Shown here: piece by piece, positions 37,347-46,460 of the stretch
Layout: the number at the start of each line of letters is the position of its first letter
Position numbering within the stretch: the first letter of the stretch is position 1
Source of the DNA: a virus
Lineage: Duplodnaviria > Caudoviricetes
Length of the DNA: 52,753 nt
Direction: 5' to 3' (one strand)
Virus record (IMG/VR): IMGVR_UViG_3300028920_000086
Span: 1-52,753 of that record
Position numbers and translations under genes: made by a program
The notes under the pieces: generated by a model
Seen by the model: the letters and a program-made list of their open reading frames with translations, nothing else
Told to the model about the DNA's origin: nothing
Database searches by the model: none

Positions 37347-38285
37347 TTAAAATGGACAAATGTTATTTTTGCCTTTTTTTGATTTAGTAGTAGATTTAGG
37401 AGATGCTGTGTTTTTTTTGTTTTTATTTTCTTCATTTTTCTTTTTTAAATTCTTTTCTCTTTCTTCTAAAGCAAGTTCAATTTTATTTTTGGAGAAAGAA
37501 TTGTTTTCATATGGTGCTCCACCACTTCTAATTTTATATTCTTTAGTTACTCTTTTGACAATTCTTATTTCATCTTCACCATATTCTCCCCCGATTTTTT
37601 CTTCTATATCTTCAACTATAGAAATAACCGTACCAGCAACCTTAACAGTATCTCCTACTGAATAATATTTTTCAATAGCAGCTATCATTTTTTTTGATTC
37701 TACTATAAATGTAGCGGGTATAATTCTACCACCATATTGGGGAATTAATCCTTCTATTATTTTACGTCCAGTTGGTTCGGTTTCTTCTTCTTTTGACATT
37801 TCTTCCACAATTTTAGTTATATAAAGTTCCAACTCAAATTGAGAAACACCTTTATCAAAATTTTCTGGTTTAACTCTACGAACAAAACTACCCCTTATTG
37901 TTGGATATGTTGCTATATCTCCTGTGCTAGTAATCTGTTCATTAGCATCGATTTTTGCTCCAGTTACACTAACGATAGAAGCATTCAATTCATTTTCTTC
38001 ATCTTCTGTATTTATAGAAGATGCTGCTACATAATTATCTAAGGCTTTTTTTAAAGATGTATAAGATGGATTTATTTTACCAGCTTTAGTATTCTTTGTT
38101 GAATAAAAATTCACAGTAATTGAATTGTTTTCTGCTGTTTGTATTACTAAATCTCCCATTATAATGGTTTTATTTTTACCATCTGTCCCTTTTTCAGTTT
38201 TTTCTTCAAGATTTTTTTCCACTAATTTACCCGTAATTTCACAGTTATTTATGGCTTCTCTTAAATTTAATTTTTCTTCTTGCAT
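37347..38285 (-). CDS. single-stranded DNA-binding protein, two OB folds (YorF-like)
   Basis: ITGKLVEK, GDTVKVAG, C-terminal PF; first gene of the replication module. Confidence 0.6.
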   Translation of the reverse strand: MQEEKLNLREAINNCEITGKLVEKNLEEKTEKGTDGKNKTIIMGDLVIQTAENNSITVNFYSTKNTKAGKINPSYTSLKKALDNYVAASSINTEDEENELNASIVSVTGAKIDANEQITSTGDIATYPTIRGSFVRRVKPENFDKGVSQFELELYITKIVEEMSKEEETEPTGRKIIEGLIPQYGGRIIPATFIVESKKMIAAIEKYYSVGDTVKVAGTVISIVEDIEEKIGGEYGEDEIRIVKRVTKEYKIRSGGAPYENNSFSKNKIELALEEREKNLKKKNEENKNKKNTASPKSTTKSKKGKNNICPF

Positions 38286-38314
38286 TTTTATTTTTTTTCT
38301 CCTTTTTGGAAATA

Positions 38315-38344
38315 AAAAATATAAAGCATATGCTTTATATTTTT
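38315..38344. promoter_or_regulatory. perfect 30-bp palindrome upstream of the replication operon (terminator or operator)
   Basis: AAAAATATAAAGCATATGCTTTATATTTTT. Confidence 0.55.
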
Positions 38345-38373
38345 ATTTGTATTATTTTGTTTTATTTTATTTT

Positions 38374-38694
38374 TTACTTATTAAGATTTGTCTTGTCAGT
38401 TTTAAACTGTTGTATAAAGTTTGAAATATTGTTGCTTTTTTCATCAATTGTTTTTATTAAACCTTTTGTTTTTTCAATTTTATTTGTAACGTTTTTTAAA
38501 TCTTCTTTAATAGATTCTTCTCGTATTTGTAAACTAGTCACATTATCTACTAATTTTCCTATAGTTTTTTGTAGTTTTTTTTCTGCTTTAGTAAATTGCT
38601 TAAAAGCGGTATTAAAAATACTGTCTATCTTATCTTCTGTTACTTTCATAAATCCAAACAATTTATGAAAAAATATTTTAATTATATTAAACAT
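38374..38694 (-). CDS. coiled-coil hypothetical protein
   Basis: heptad pattern; AGGAGG SD. Confidence 0.75.
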   Translation of the reverse strand: MFNIIKIFFHKLFGFMKVTEDKIDSIFNTAFKQFTKAEKKLQKTIGKLVDNVTSLQIREESIKEDLKNVTNKIEKTKGLIKTIDEKSNNISNFIQQFKTDKTNLNK

Positions 38695-38741
38695 AAAATC
38701 CTCCTTTATACGTTTTTTTTGTTTATATAAATTTATATAAA

Positions 38742-38954
38742 TTAATTATATATTAATTTAATTTTTTCATAGAGTTCTGAAATTGATATATTATTTGATG
38801 TATTTTGCAATAAATTTAAAATATTTTCATCATCAAACTCTAATTCAGTAATTAAGTAATTATAAATTCTATCTCGCTCTTCATCTTCTAAATTAGTATC
38901 TGATTCTATATTTAAATCTAATAAAAAACACATATCTAAAAAACTGTCTTTCAT
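38742..38954 (-). CDS. small acidic hypothetical protein
   Basis: 70 aa, D/E rich. Confidence 0.65.
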   Translation of the reverse strand: MKDSFLDMCFLLDLNIESDTNLEDEERDRIYNYLITELEFDDENILNLLQNTSNNISISELYEKIKLIYN

Positions 38955-38995
38955 TTGTTACCTTTCATTATTTTAAAAATATTTTATCATAATTT

Positions 38996-39361
38996 TTATA
39001 AATTTTCAAGTATTTTTAACATTTTTTTTCTAGTAATTTTAAACTGAGGATTTAACGTAAGTTCAAAATTACATAAATAATTATTATCTAAATCAAATCT
39101 TTCAAATTTTTTAATTGTAAAATTAAAATCATTATTTTTAATTTTACTAATTTTATTTATAAGTATATTTATTTGTTTTATTGATACATTAGAATCAAAC
39201 ATAATATATGCTTTATCATATTTATAGTGACCACTACATGAAAATTTTGTTTTTATGTTTAATTCAAAATTTAATTTATAAATTAAAGGTATTATATCTT
39301 GATCTAATTTTTCAATATTACAAATTTGAGATAATTTAAATAATTTTTGTTTTGATAGCAA
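38996..39361 (-). CDS. hypothetical protein with TYW3-like SCSGH motif
   Basis: LD..I.PLI..LN....T.FSCSGH. Confidence 0.55.
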   Translation of the reverse strand: MLSKQKLFKLSQICNIEKLDQDIIPLIYKLNFELNIKTKFSCSGHYKYDKAYIMFDSNVSIKQINILINKISKIKNNDFNFTIKKFERFDLDNNYLCNFELTLNPQFKITRKKMLKILENL

Positions 39362-39366
39362 GTATT

Positions 39367-39762
39367 TTATTCTTGATTTTCTTTTGGTGTCTTTGTAGTT
39401 TTTTCATTGGTTTTTTGAGATTCTTCCTCTTTTGAATTATTGAAAAGTTGTTTAATATTAGCTGGTACATCTTCTGTTTCAGTTTCACCATTTTTGCTTT
39501 TTTGTTGTTCAATAACTTTTTCAGCGAGACTTTTTCTAGTTAATTCTAAAGAAGGTAATTTTGCTATTATAGGAATAGTTATCTTACATTTTTTACATTC
39601 ATACATATTTTCATTGGGAATTTTTTTTTCTTCGTTATCTTTGATATACTTACAATAAGTTAGCTCTTCTCCACAATTTTTACAATATACTCTTGTTATA
39701 ACATATACAGCAGGGTCAACAATTTCACTTTTAAATGAATATTTTTTTTCTTGTTCTTTCAT
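39367..39762 (-). CDS. Zn-ribbon protein
   Basis: CKNC...CKKC; AAGGAG SD. Confidence 0.7.
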   Translation of the reverse strand: MKEQEKKYSFKSEIVDPAVYVITRVYCKNCGEELTYCKYIKDNEEKKIPNENMYECKKCKITIPIIAKLPSLELTRKSLAEKVIEQQKSKNGETETEDVPANIKQLFNNSKEEESQKTNEKTTKTPKENQE

Positions 39763-39855
39763 ATAATCTCCTTTTTTTTCATTAAAAAAAATAAACCTCT
39801 AAGATTTATTTTTAATGTTTAATTATTTAATTTTTTTTATTTTTTAATTATTAAT

Positions 39856-39884
39856 AGCATAACACAAAATATATATAAAGTCAA
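39856..39884 (-). promoter_or_regulatory. sigmaA-type promoter
   Basis: TTGACT-17 nt-TATGCT with TGTG extension. Confidence 0.65.
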
Positions 39885-39918
39885 GATATTTTATATATTT
39901 TTTTGAAAAAAATTTTTT

Positions 39919-40671
39919 TTATTCTGTTATTTCATAATTGTTACCCTTTTTTGAATTACAAATACTACAAAGAGTTTGCATGTTATCTATATGATCTTTT
40001 CCTCCCTTTGATTTAGGTATTATATGATCTTTTGTTAGCATAACCTCTTTTCCCTCTTTGTTAAAGCCATATAAATTAAAATGATATATTTCTAATAAAC
40101 TTTTACTATCTTTTTCTTTAGCAAAAAATTTCCCTTCTAATCCACAATGTAGACATTTAATACTTTTTTTAAAAGTTTTATATCTTAAAGAGCCCATTTT
40201 AATATAATCTTTTCCAAATAAAACTTTATCACCATTATTAATTTTTGACAAAACCTCATGAATGGAATGTAAGCTTTTGCGAATATAGTGATATGGATAT
40301 TTAATTTTTGATGATTGTTGATAAAATTTATTTTGTCGTCGTAATAATTTTTTTCTTTCCTTTAAAAAAAATTTATAATATTCTTTTAAAACTTTTAAAC
40401 AATCTTCTTTATTATAAATATCAGAATAACTTTTATTTTTCATACCAGAAAAAGATATTCTTATATATTTATTATTTATAATTTTTAAAAAAAATTCATA
40501 ATTTAATATTTTCATTCCCTTTTTTGTTATCTCTACATGAAACCCATCTTTATTTAAATTTAAATATTGTTTTTTTAGTTCATTACAAAAACCAGGAATA
40601 ATATTATCATATTTTTTAAAATTGTTTTTTATTTTAAATTTATTCTTTTTTTTAATTTTATATATCTCCAT
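39919..40671 (-). CDS. HNH endonuclease
   Basis: CLHCG..TKDHIIPKSKGG..NMQTLCSICNSKKG. Confidence 0.88.
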   Translation of the reverse strand: MEIYKIKKKNKFKIKNNFKKYDNIIPGFCNELKKQYLNLNKDGFHVEITKKGMKILNYEFFLKIINNKYIRISFSGMKNKSYSDIYNKEDCLKVLKEYYKFFLKERKKLLRRQNKFYQQSSKIKYPYHYIRKSLHSIHEVLSKINNGDKVLFGKDYIKMGSLRYKTFKKSIKCLHCGLEGKFFAKEKDSKSLLEIYHFNLYGFNKEGKEVMLTKDHIIPKSKGGKDHIDNMQTLCSICNSKKGNNYEITE

Positions 40672-40677
40672 TCCAAA

Positions 40678-40878
40678 TTATTTTTTTTCTTTATTTTTAC
40701 AATTATCACAAACTAAAACAGTTATTTTTGCTGGATTTATTGATTTCTGTGATGTTTTAACTGGTCTTAATTCAAGATTTAAATGTTTCATGCAAAAATA
40801 TTCACCACATTTACTACAATATTTATTAGTGGTCATATCACAATCATCTATACTACATTTTTTTAAATCAATATTCAT
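40678..40878 (-). CDS. small Zn-finger protein
   Basis: CSIDDC..CSKC..FCMKH..CDNC; GGAGG SD. Confidence 0.7.
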   Translation of the reverse strand: MNIDLKKCSIDDCDMTTNKYCSKCGEYFCMKHLNLELRPVKTSQKSINPAKITVLVCDNCKNKEKK

Positions 40879-40911
40879 AATTCATCCTCCTTTTTGTTTT
40901 AAAATATATAT

Positions 40912-41179
40912 TTAAAGCATTTCATAATTTTTATAATTAGATTCAAATATAATGCTAAGTAAGGCTTCATCACCATCACTAGAATAAAAAATATCGCTCG
41001 CAACAAATTTATTATTAATTAATTTATCTAAAGTATAACGATAAGTATTATAATCTTCATCACATTTTTCATAAATAAAATTATATCCATACAATAAAAA
41101 AAGGTAACTGATAATAATTATTATAGCTAGATAATTTAGTTATTCTAATACAATTTTTCCTTAATATTTTTACTATCAT
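40912..41179 (-). pseudogene. small gene apparently split by a frameshift at a T7 run
   Basis: ATG 41179 frame stops after 32 aa; removing one T at 41096-41102 joins it to the 40912-41094 ORF. Confidence 0.4.
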
Positions 41180-41254
41180 ATTTCCCCCCCATTTTTCAAT
41201 CCCTTTTTTCATTAATTCTATCAATATAAATTTCTATAATGTTATATTTCATAT

Positions 41255-41572
41255 TTATTCCTGACTTCCATTAATTATTTTTTTATATAAATATTTCATA
41301 GACTCTTCAAAACTACAATTATATACCAATCTAATAGCTTTTATTTTTTTTAAATAATTGTCTGTTTTTTGAACTATTCTCTTCATATCTTCGAATGTAT
41401 TATCATTTTCACATTCTGCACAAATAATTTTATTATCAATACATTCTTTACAAAAATATCGATTACAACTTATACATTGTATTCTACATTTTTCACAAAA
41501 TGTAGCTTCACACTCTTCGCATTTTTCAATATCTTTTTTAGGAAAATCAAATCCACATATATAACATATCAT
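41255..41572 (-). CDS. Cys-rich Zn-binding protein
   Basis: six CxxC pairs. Confidence 0.7.
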   Translation of the reverse strand: MICYICGFDFPKKDIEKCEECEATFCEKCRIQCISCNRYFCKECIDNKIICAECENDNTFEDMKRIVQKTDNYLKKIKAIRLVYNCSFEESMKYLYKKIINGSQE

Positions 41573-41817
41573 TTTATTACCTCATATTTTTTAATATAAT
41601 CTGGAAGATTGTTTAATAATAACTCAAATTTTTCAAAATCATTAATTTTAAATATTATTATAAAATAATCTTTACTTTTATCATCTGTTATCATAGTTAA
41701 ATATCTATTTATGTTATCTATATTTATATAACAATAATTATAAAATTTGTTGATTAACTTTTGTTGTGACCCTGTAGATTTCACATCATCAATATTTATA
41801 TAAAATTTTATATTCAT
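41569..41817 (-). CDS. hypothetical protein
   Basis: 82 aa, follows promoter at 41848. Confidence 0.7.
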   Translation of the reverse strand: MNIKFYINIDDVKSTGSQQKLINKFYNYCYINIDNINRYLTMITDDKSKDYFIIIFKINDFEKFELLLNNLPDYIKKYEVIK

Positions 41818-41847
41818 AATTTCCTCTCTTTTTCCTATATAGATATT

Positions 41848-41876
41848 ATTATATCATATTTAATATATATATACAA
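41848..41876 (-). promoter_or_regulatory. sigmaA-type promoter, TTGTAT class
   Basis: TTGTAT-17 nt-TATAAT with TG extension. Confidence 0.7.
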
Positions 41877-41892
41877 TTAATTTTATAATTTT

Positions 41893-42261
41893 TTATTTAT
41901 TTTTTAAATTATTTATTAAAAGTTTCCATCTTCGAATCATTATAGTTTCATCAATAGTATTTAAATAATTTGAAATGAATGAAATTGTTTTATTTTCTTC
42001 ATCAATGGTCGGATATAAAAATTTTTGTTGAAAATTTTTATTAATATTTTTAAAAATATAAATTAGTTCTTTATTATTTTTAAATTCATAAGTAAATTCT
42101 AATATAATATTTGTTATATTTTTATTATTTGATTTATATTCTATTATAGAATATTTATATTTTGTATTTAATTCTGTAATTTCTTTAGAATATGGCTCTA
42201 ATAAATCAAATATATTTATTTGAGCTATATGAATTTCATTATCTGTATTTATATTTTTCAT
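41893..42261 (-). CDS. hypothetical protein
   Basis: 122 aa ORF. Confidence 0.6.
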   Translation of the reverse strand: MKNINTDNEIHIAQINIFDLLEPYSKEITELNTKYKYSIIEYKSNNKNITNIILEFTYEFKNNKELIYIFKNINKNFQQKFLYPTIDEENKTISFISNYLNTIDETIMIRRWKLLINNLKNK

Positions 42262-42313
42262 TTTAATTATTATTATCTCCTTTTAAATTAAATAAATTTC
42301 TCCATTTATTAAA

Positions 42314-42499
42314 TTATTTTTTAAATATTTTTTTTATTGTTTTTTGAATTTTTTTAAAAAAACTTATATTGTTTTCATTAAAATTTTTAAAATATGATTT
42401 TTTACAATTTTCATTACAAAACAATTTTTTTAAAGATATTCTTTTCCCACAGTGACCACATAAATTATAATCACTATATCTTTTTTCATTATTTAACAT
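42314..42499 (-). CDS. Zn-ribbon protein (DUF2116-like)
   Basis: CGHCGKRI..FCNENC. Confidence 0.6.
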   Translation of the reverse strand: MLNNEKRYSDYNLCGHCGKRISLKKLFCNENCKKSYFKNFNENNISFFKKIQKTIKKIFKK

Positions 42500-42671
42500 A
42501 AAATTCTCCTATATTATTATCTATTTTATCCAAACAATAACCAGCAATACTTAAAATTTCCTCAGTTTCTTCCCCTATATCTATATCATAAATATTATCA
42601 TTTATATCAACCACTCTACCAATTTTATTTAAATATATAATTTTTACTTTTTCGCCTAATGAAAATTCCAC
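42489..42671 (-). CDS. small SH3/KOW-like protein
   Basis: FSLGEKVKI; AGGAGG SD. Confidence 0.65.
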   Translation of the reverse strand: MEFSLGEKVKIIYLNKIGRVVDINDNIYDIDIGEETEEILSIAGYCLDKIDNNIGEFYVK

Positions 42672-42744
42672 TAAATAAACCTCCTATTCTTCCATTTTAA
42701 ACCATAATTTAATCCAATTAATTATATATTATTAATTTCATTAA

Positions 42745-43239
42745 TTATAATATTTTTTTTATAACACCATATTTTAATGCTTCTTTTGCTCCAAAATAAA
42801 ATGTTTCATTATTTTCAAATACCCAATTAACTATATTAGCAAAATTATTATTAGTATGTTCTAAAATAATATTTTTTATATTTTCTTGTAAAACTTCTGC
42901 ATTCTTTACATGGTGTTTTACCGAATGTACTTCTAACATATCTGTCTTTGTTTTTACTGGATGTATTAAAAATCTCGTATGCTTATAGGCAACGCGATTA
43001 TGTGAAGCTAATAATATTGGTATGGCTATTGATAAAACTGAGCCATATCCAATTATTTTATTTATTTTAGTTTTATTAGCTTTAATAAAATCATATAAAG
43101 CCAATCCATCCTCACATAATCCTCCTCTTGAATTTAAATATATTGTTATATTTTCGTTTTCAATTATATTTTTAATATATGTTTCTATATATTCTATATT
43201 ACCACTAATAAATACTTCTCTATCCATATTATCCTCCAT
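42745..43239 (-). CDS. stand-alone ClpP-like serine peptidase
   Basis: IYLNSRGG, VLSIA (Ser), FLIHP (His), AKEALKYG. Confidence 0.8.
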   Translation of the reverse strand: MEDNMDREVFISGNIEYIETYIKNIIENENITIYLNSRGGLCEDGLALYDFIKANKTKINKIIGYGSVLSIAIPILLASHNRVAYKHTRFLIHPVKTKTDMLEVHSVKHHVKNAEVLQENIKNIILEHTNNNFANIVNWVFENNETFYFGAKEALKYGVIKKIL

Positions 43240-43261
43240 TTTATTAATTTTATCATTTAAT

Positions 43262-43492
43262 TTATGAATTAGAAATTTTTATTTCATCTTGAAAAAGTCT
43301 TAAACCATAATAATTAATTAAGTTATCTAACTTATCATATGGTTCAGATGTAGACTGTTGACTTATCCATATACAGATATACCTATTATCTATTTTTTTA
43401 ATAATACCAACAGACTGAGAGTTATCTATAACTAAATTTTCTTCTTTAATATTTTGTTTTAGGCTTATTATTTGATATTTCATATTCTTCAT
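43262..43492 (-). CDS. hypothetical protein
   Basis: 76 aa ORF. Confidence 0.6.
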   Translation of the reverse strand: MKNMKYQIISLKQNIKEENLVIDNSQSVGIIKKIDNRYICIWISQQSTSEPYDKLDNLINYYGLRLFQDEIKISNS

Positions 43493-43503
43493 CCTTTTTT
43501 AAT

Positions 43504-43785
43504 TTATTTTTCTAATAATTTTATTAGTTCATGACATTTACTACAAACTATTCTTTCAAATACTACTTTCCAATGTTTTTTTCCACACGTACATAATACA
43601 CCTTTTTCTAATTTTAAGTATTTATCCATATCTTTTAAATAGAAGTCAGCTATAGAGTCACTTTTATTATTTAAATGATCATAAAATGCATAAGATTCTG
43701 AGTATATATTAGTTATAATATATTTTTCCCCTTTTTTTAAATTAAATAATATATTATGTAAATTTTCTATGCAATATATATACAT
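43504..43785 (-). CDS. hypothetical protein with C-terminal Zn ribbon
   Basis: CTCG..CSKC; GGAGG SD. Confidence 0.65.
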   Translation of the reverse strand: MYIYCIENLHNILFNLKKGEKYIITNIYSESYAFYDHLNNKSDSIADFYLKDMDKYLKLEKGVLCTCGKKHWKVVFERIVCSKCHELIKLLEK

Positions 43786-43824
43786 TTTATACCTCCACTA
43801 TAATTATTTATAAATATCAATAAA

Positions 43825-44559
43825 TTAAAAACCACTTCTTTTTTCTTTTTGTAATTTAATTATTTTATTATTTATCCACTCTTTAAGTTCTGGATATAAT
43901 TTTTGTATTATTTTTAAATTTTCTATTCCCAAATCAGTATTGATTTTATGTTCAAAATGTATTGGACACAATAATTTATTAAAAGAATAACAAATTTGTT
44001 CGTTGTTAGTTTTCCAAATTTCATAATTAAATAACAGGTCTTCATGTCCCCAAATTAAAAATTTTTCATTAAATCTAACATCTTTAATTAAAGAAGCATT
44101 TAATGAAAGAAAATTTGTATACATATGTTGCCAATGTGGAGAAAATCTTGATTCGTCAAATCTTTCATCTTTTTGTATTTTCCCGTTATCTAATAAATTG
44201 TATCTTAAAGTACCAACAACATTATTGTTATTTATTGGAAAATAAACTTTTTCTAAAAAATAAAAACTATTAAATTTAATTTCTTGGTCGCAATCAATAA
44301 AATGTATAATACTATTATTATTAATAAATGATTTCATAAATTCTAATCCTAAATTACGTGCTTTACTTCTATTGTCTCCATTTATAAAATACTTATTATC
44401 TATATCTAAATATTTTTTTAATTTGTTGTCATCTCTCAAAACACAAATAAAATTGTTATCAACTTTTTTACTTGCTTTTATTATTGATTTTATTGAAATT
44501 TCAACTTTTTTTAAATTTTCTTCATTTAGTTTTTGTATTCCTATAATTAAATGTTTCAT
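43825..44559 (-). CDS. GT-A (family 2-like) glycosyltransferase
   Basis: ARNLG, FIDCD (DxD), FNEKF..WGHED. Confidence 0.8.
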   Translation of the reverse strand: MKHLIIGIQKLNEENLKKVEISIKSIIKASKKVDNNFICVLRDDNKLKKYLDIDNKYFINGDNRSKARNLGLEFMKSFINNNSIIHFIDCDQEIKFNSFYFLEKVYFPINNNNVVGTLRYNLLDNGKIQKDERFDESRFSPHWQHMYTNFLSLNASLIKDVRFNEKFLIWGHEDLLFNYEIWKTNNEQICYSFNKLLCPIHFEHKINTDLGIENLKIIQKLYPELKEWINNKIIKLQKEKRSGF

Positions 44560-44611
44560 AATATTCCTTTCTATAATTTAATTAAATAAATTAAAGAATT
44601 TATTAATTATT

Positions 44612-45190
44612 TTATTTTTTATTAAACCACATTTCAATCCACTCTATATCATCTTTTAAAATTTCAATTTGTTTATTAGTCAACCCTTCCATATTAGCAA
44701 TATTTAAACCTATTTGCTTCCATTTTTCAATTGTATAACATTCACAGCCTATTTTTATTATCTTGTCTTTCTTATTTGCTAATATTATAAATACACTATT
44801 TAAAATTTTATAGTTTTTAGGCAAAGTTGTTTTATAAATTTTAATTTCCTCTAAAGCAACTCGATTTAAATTAGCTTTACTTAAATTAGCTTTACTTAAA
44901 TTAGCTCCAATTAAACTAGCCTTTTCTAAATTAGCATATCTTAAATCAGCATGACTTAAATTAGCACCAATTAAATCGGCTTCATTTAAATTAGCATATT
45001 TTAAATTAATATAGCTTAAATCAGAGCAACGTAAATCAGCACGGCTTAAATCAGTATGACTTAAATCAGTATGACTTAAATCAGTATGACTTAAATCAGT
45101 ATGACTTAAATCGGCACATTCTCCTTTTGCATGATTTTCTAACCATAATCTATGATTTTCTAAAATTTCATTTAATTCTTCTTGGTTCAT
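44612..45190 (-). CDS. pentapeptide repeat protein
   Basis: A(D/N)LxX repeats after an ILENH.LWL start. Confidence 0.9.
   Translation of the reverse strand: MNQEELNEILENHRLWLENHAKGECADLSHTDLSHTDLSHTDLSHTDLSRADLRCSDLSYINLKYANLNEADLIGANLSHADLRYANLEKASLIGANLSKANLSKANLNRVALEEIKIYKTTLPKNYKILNSVFIILANKKDKIIKIGCECYTIEKWKQIGLNIANMEGLTNKQIEILKDDIEWIEMWFNKK
45045..45112. repeat. exact 15-bp tandem repeat, 4.5 copies
   Basis: CTTAAATCAGTATGA x4 plus CTTAAATC, encoding (SHTDL)n. Confidence 0.95.
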
Positions 45191-45218
45191 ATAAATCTCC
45201 CTTAATTTATTATTATTC

Positions 45219-46124
45219 TTAGTTATTTATTATATTTATTACTATTTCTGGAATGTCGTATTTTTCAGCAATAATTTTTTTAATTTCATCTAATGTAAAA
45301 TTAATTTTTATTTTTTCTTTAATTATTTTATCATTATTTAAATCAATGACAAAATTCTCTGTAGATATTACATAAAGCCTGTTATCTTTTTTGGTTAATA
45401 AATAATAATAATACTCAGTATAATGTCTTTCATAAGATGATATTGTTTCCAATATTTCATCTTTTTTAGTTATGTATATTTCAAAAGCATCGAATTGATC
45501 TATAAAAATAAATAATTTATAATTTCCTACCTCTTCTATTTTATAGGCTATATTATCCGTCTTCCGATCAGACCAAGTAAACAATTGAGTATTATTAAAA
45601 TAAAAACATAATTCTTTTTGATCATAGTCATATTTTTTATTAATTCTAAAATTTTCATCTTTATATAAAATTTTTCTTTCTCCCGCTACTGTTTCCCAAT
45701 CAATCAGAGCTATTTCAGCCCTTAATAGTTCATCTTTATATAGTAAATCTTTTTTTGTTGGAATCCATTCTTTTAATTGTTTTATAGCCGTTTGTATTCT
45801 TTCAATACTAGTATCATAATTTTCAATTTCTTTTAAATGTTTTTTAGTAATTTTAATATTATGATACCATAAAAATTTAATTGCATTTAAAGACTTTTTT
45901 ATATCTGTTCCATAAATCATTTTAACTAATTCACAATACTCATTTGTACAACATTTTTGTAAGGAATTATAAAATTCTTCCTGTGCTTCGGCGACAAATA
46001 CTATTTCATACCAATCGGTACAAATAGTAAAACCAGCCCTATCAATCCCTAATTCGTCAACAGCAATATCAAGTTTTTCTTCTAAAATGTTATCTGGATG
46101 AATATTTAAAAAAAACATTTTCAT
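45219..46124 (-). CDS. hypothetical protein
   Basis: 301 aa, AAGGAG SD. Confidence 0.75.
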   Translation of the reverse strand: MKMFFLNIHPDNILEEKLDIAVDELGIDRAGFTICTDWYEIVFVAEAQEEFYNSLQKCCTNEYCELVKMIYGTDIKKSLNAIKFLWYHNIKITKKHLKEIENYDTSIERIQTAIKQLKEWIPTKKDLLYKDELLRAEIALIDWETVAGERKILYKDENFRINKKYDYDQKELCFYFNNTQLFTWSDRKTDNIAYKIEEVGNYKLFIFIDQFDAFEIYITKKDEILETISSYERHYTEYYYYLLTKKDNRLYVISTENFVIDLNNDKIIKEKIKINFTLDEIKKIIAEKYDIPEIVINIINN

Positions 46125-46186
46125 CTCTCCTTAATTTTATTTTTTCAAATTTTAATTAAATTTTAATATAAAATCTTTATTTTATT

Positions 46187-46393
46187 TTAGTATTTTTCAT
46201 ATACATCAAATACATTTTTTAAATTAATGAATCTACCATTTATTTGTCCTATATTTATAGATGTTGACTTTTCTAAACATACAACTAAATACTTATATTC
46301 ATTATTTAATTCTTTTATATCAACTAAAATAAATTTCTCATTTTTTAAATTTTTGTCTAAATTGTTAAAAATATCTTTTCTTTTTAAAAACAT
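46187..46393 (-). CDS. hypothetical protein
   Basis: 68 aa ORF. Confidence 0.6.
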   Translation of the reverse strand: MFLKRKDIFNNLDKNLKNEKFILVDIKELNNEYKYLVVCLEKSTSINIGQINGRFINLKNVFDVYEKY

Positions 46394-46460
46394 AATTAAT
46401 GTTTCTCCTTTATTATTTTATTTATTAATAAATTTAAACATTTATTTAAATCATATATCT

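Noticed and set aside
45045-45112. CRISPR array
   Set aside because: Head-to-tail 15-bp units with no spacers, in frame within a pentapeptide gene. No CRISPR array was seen anywhere in the window.
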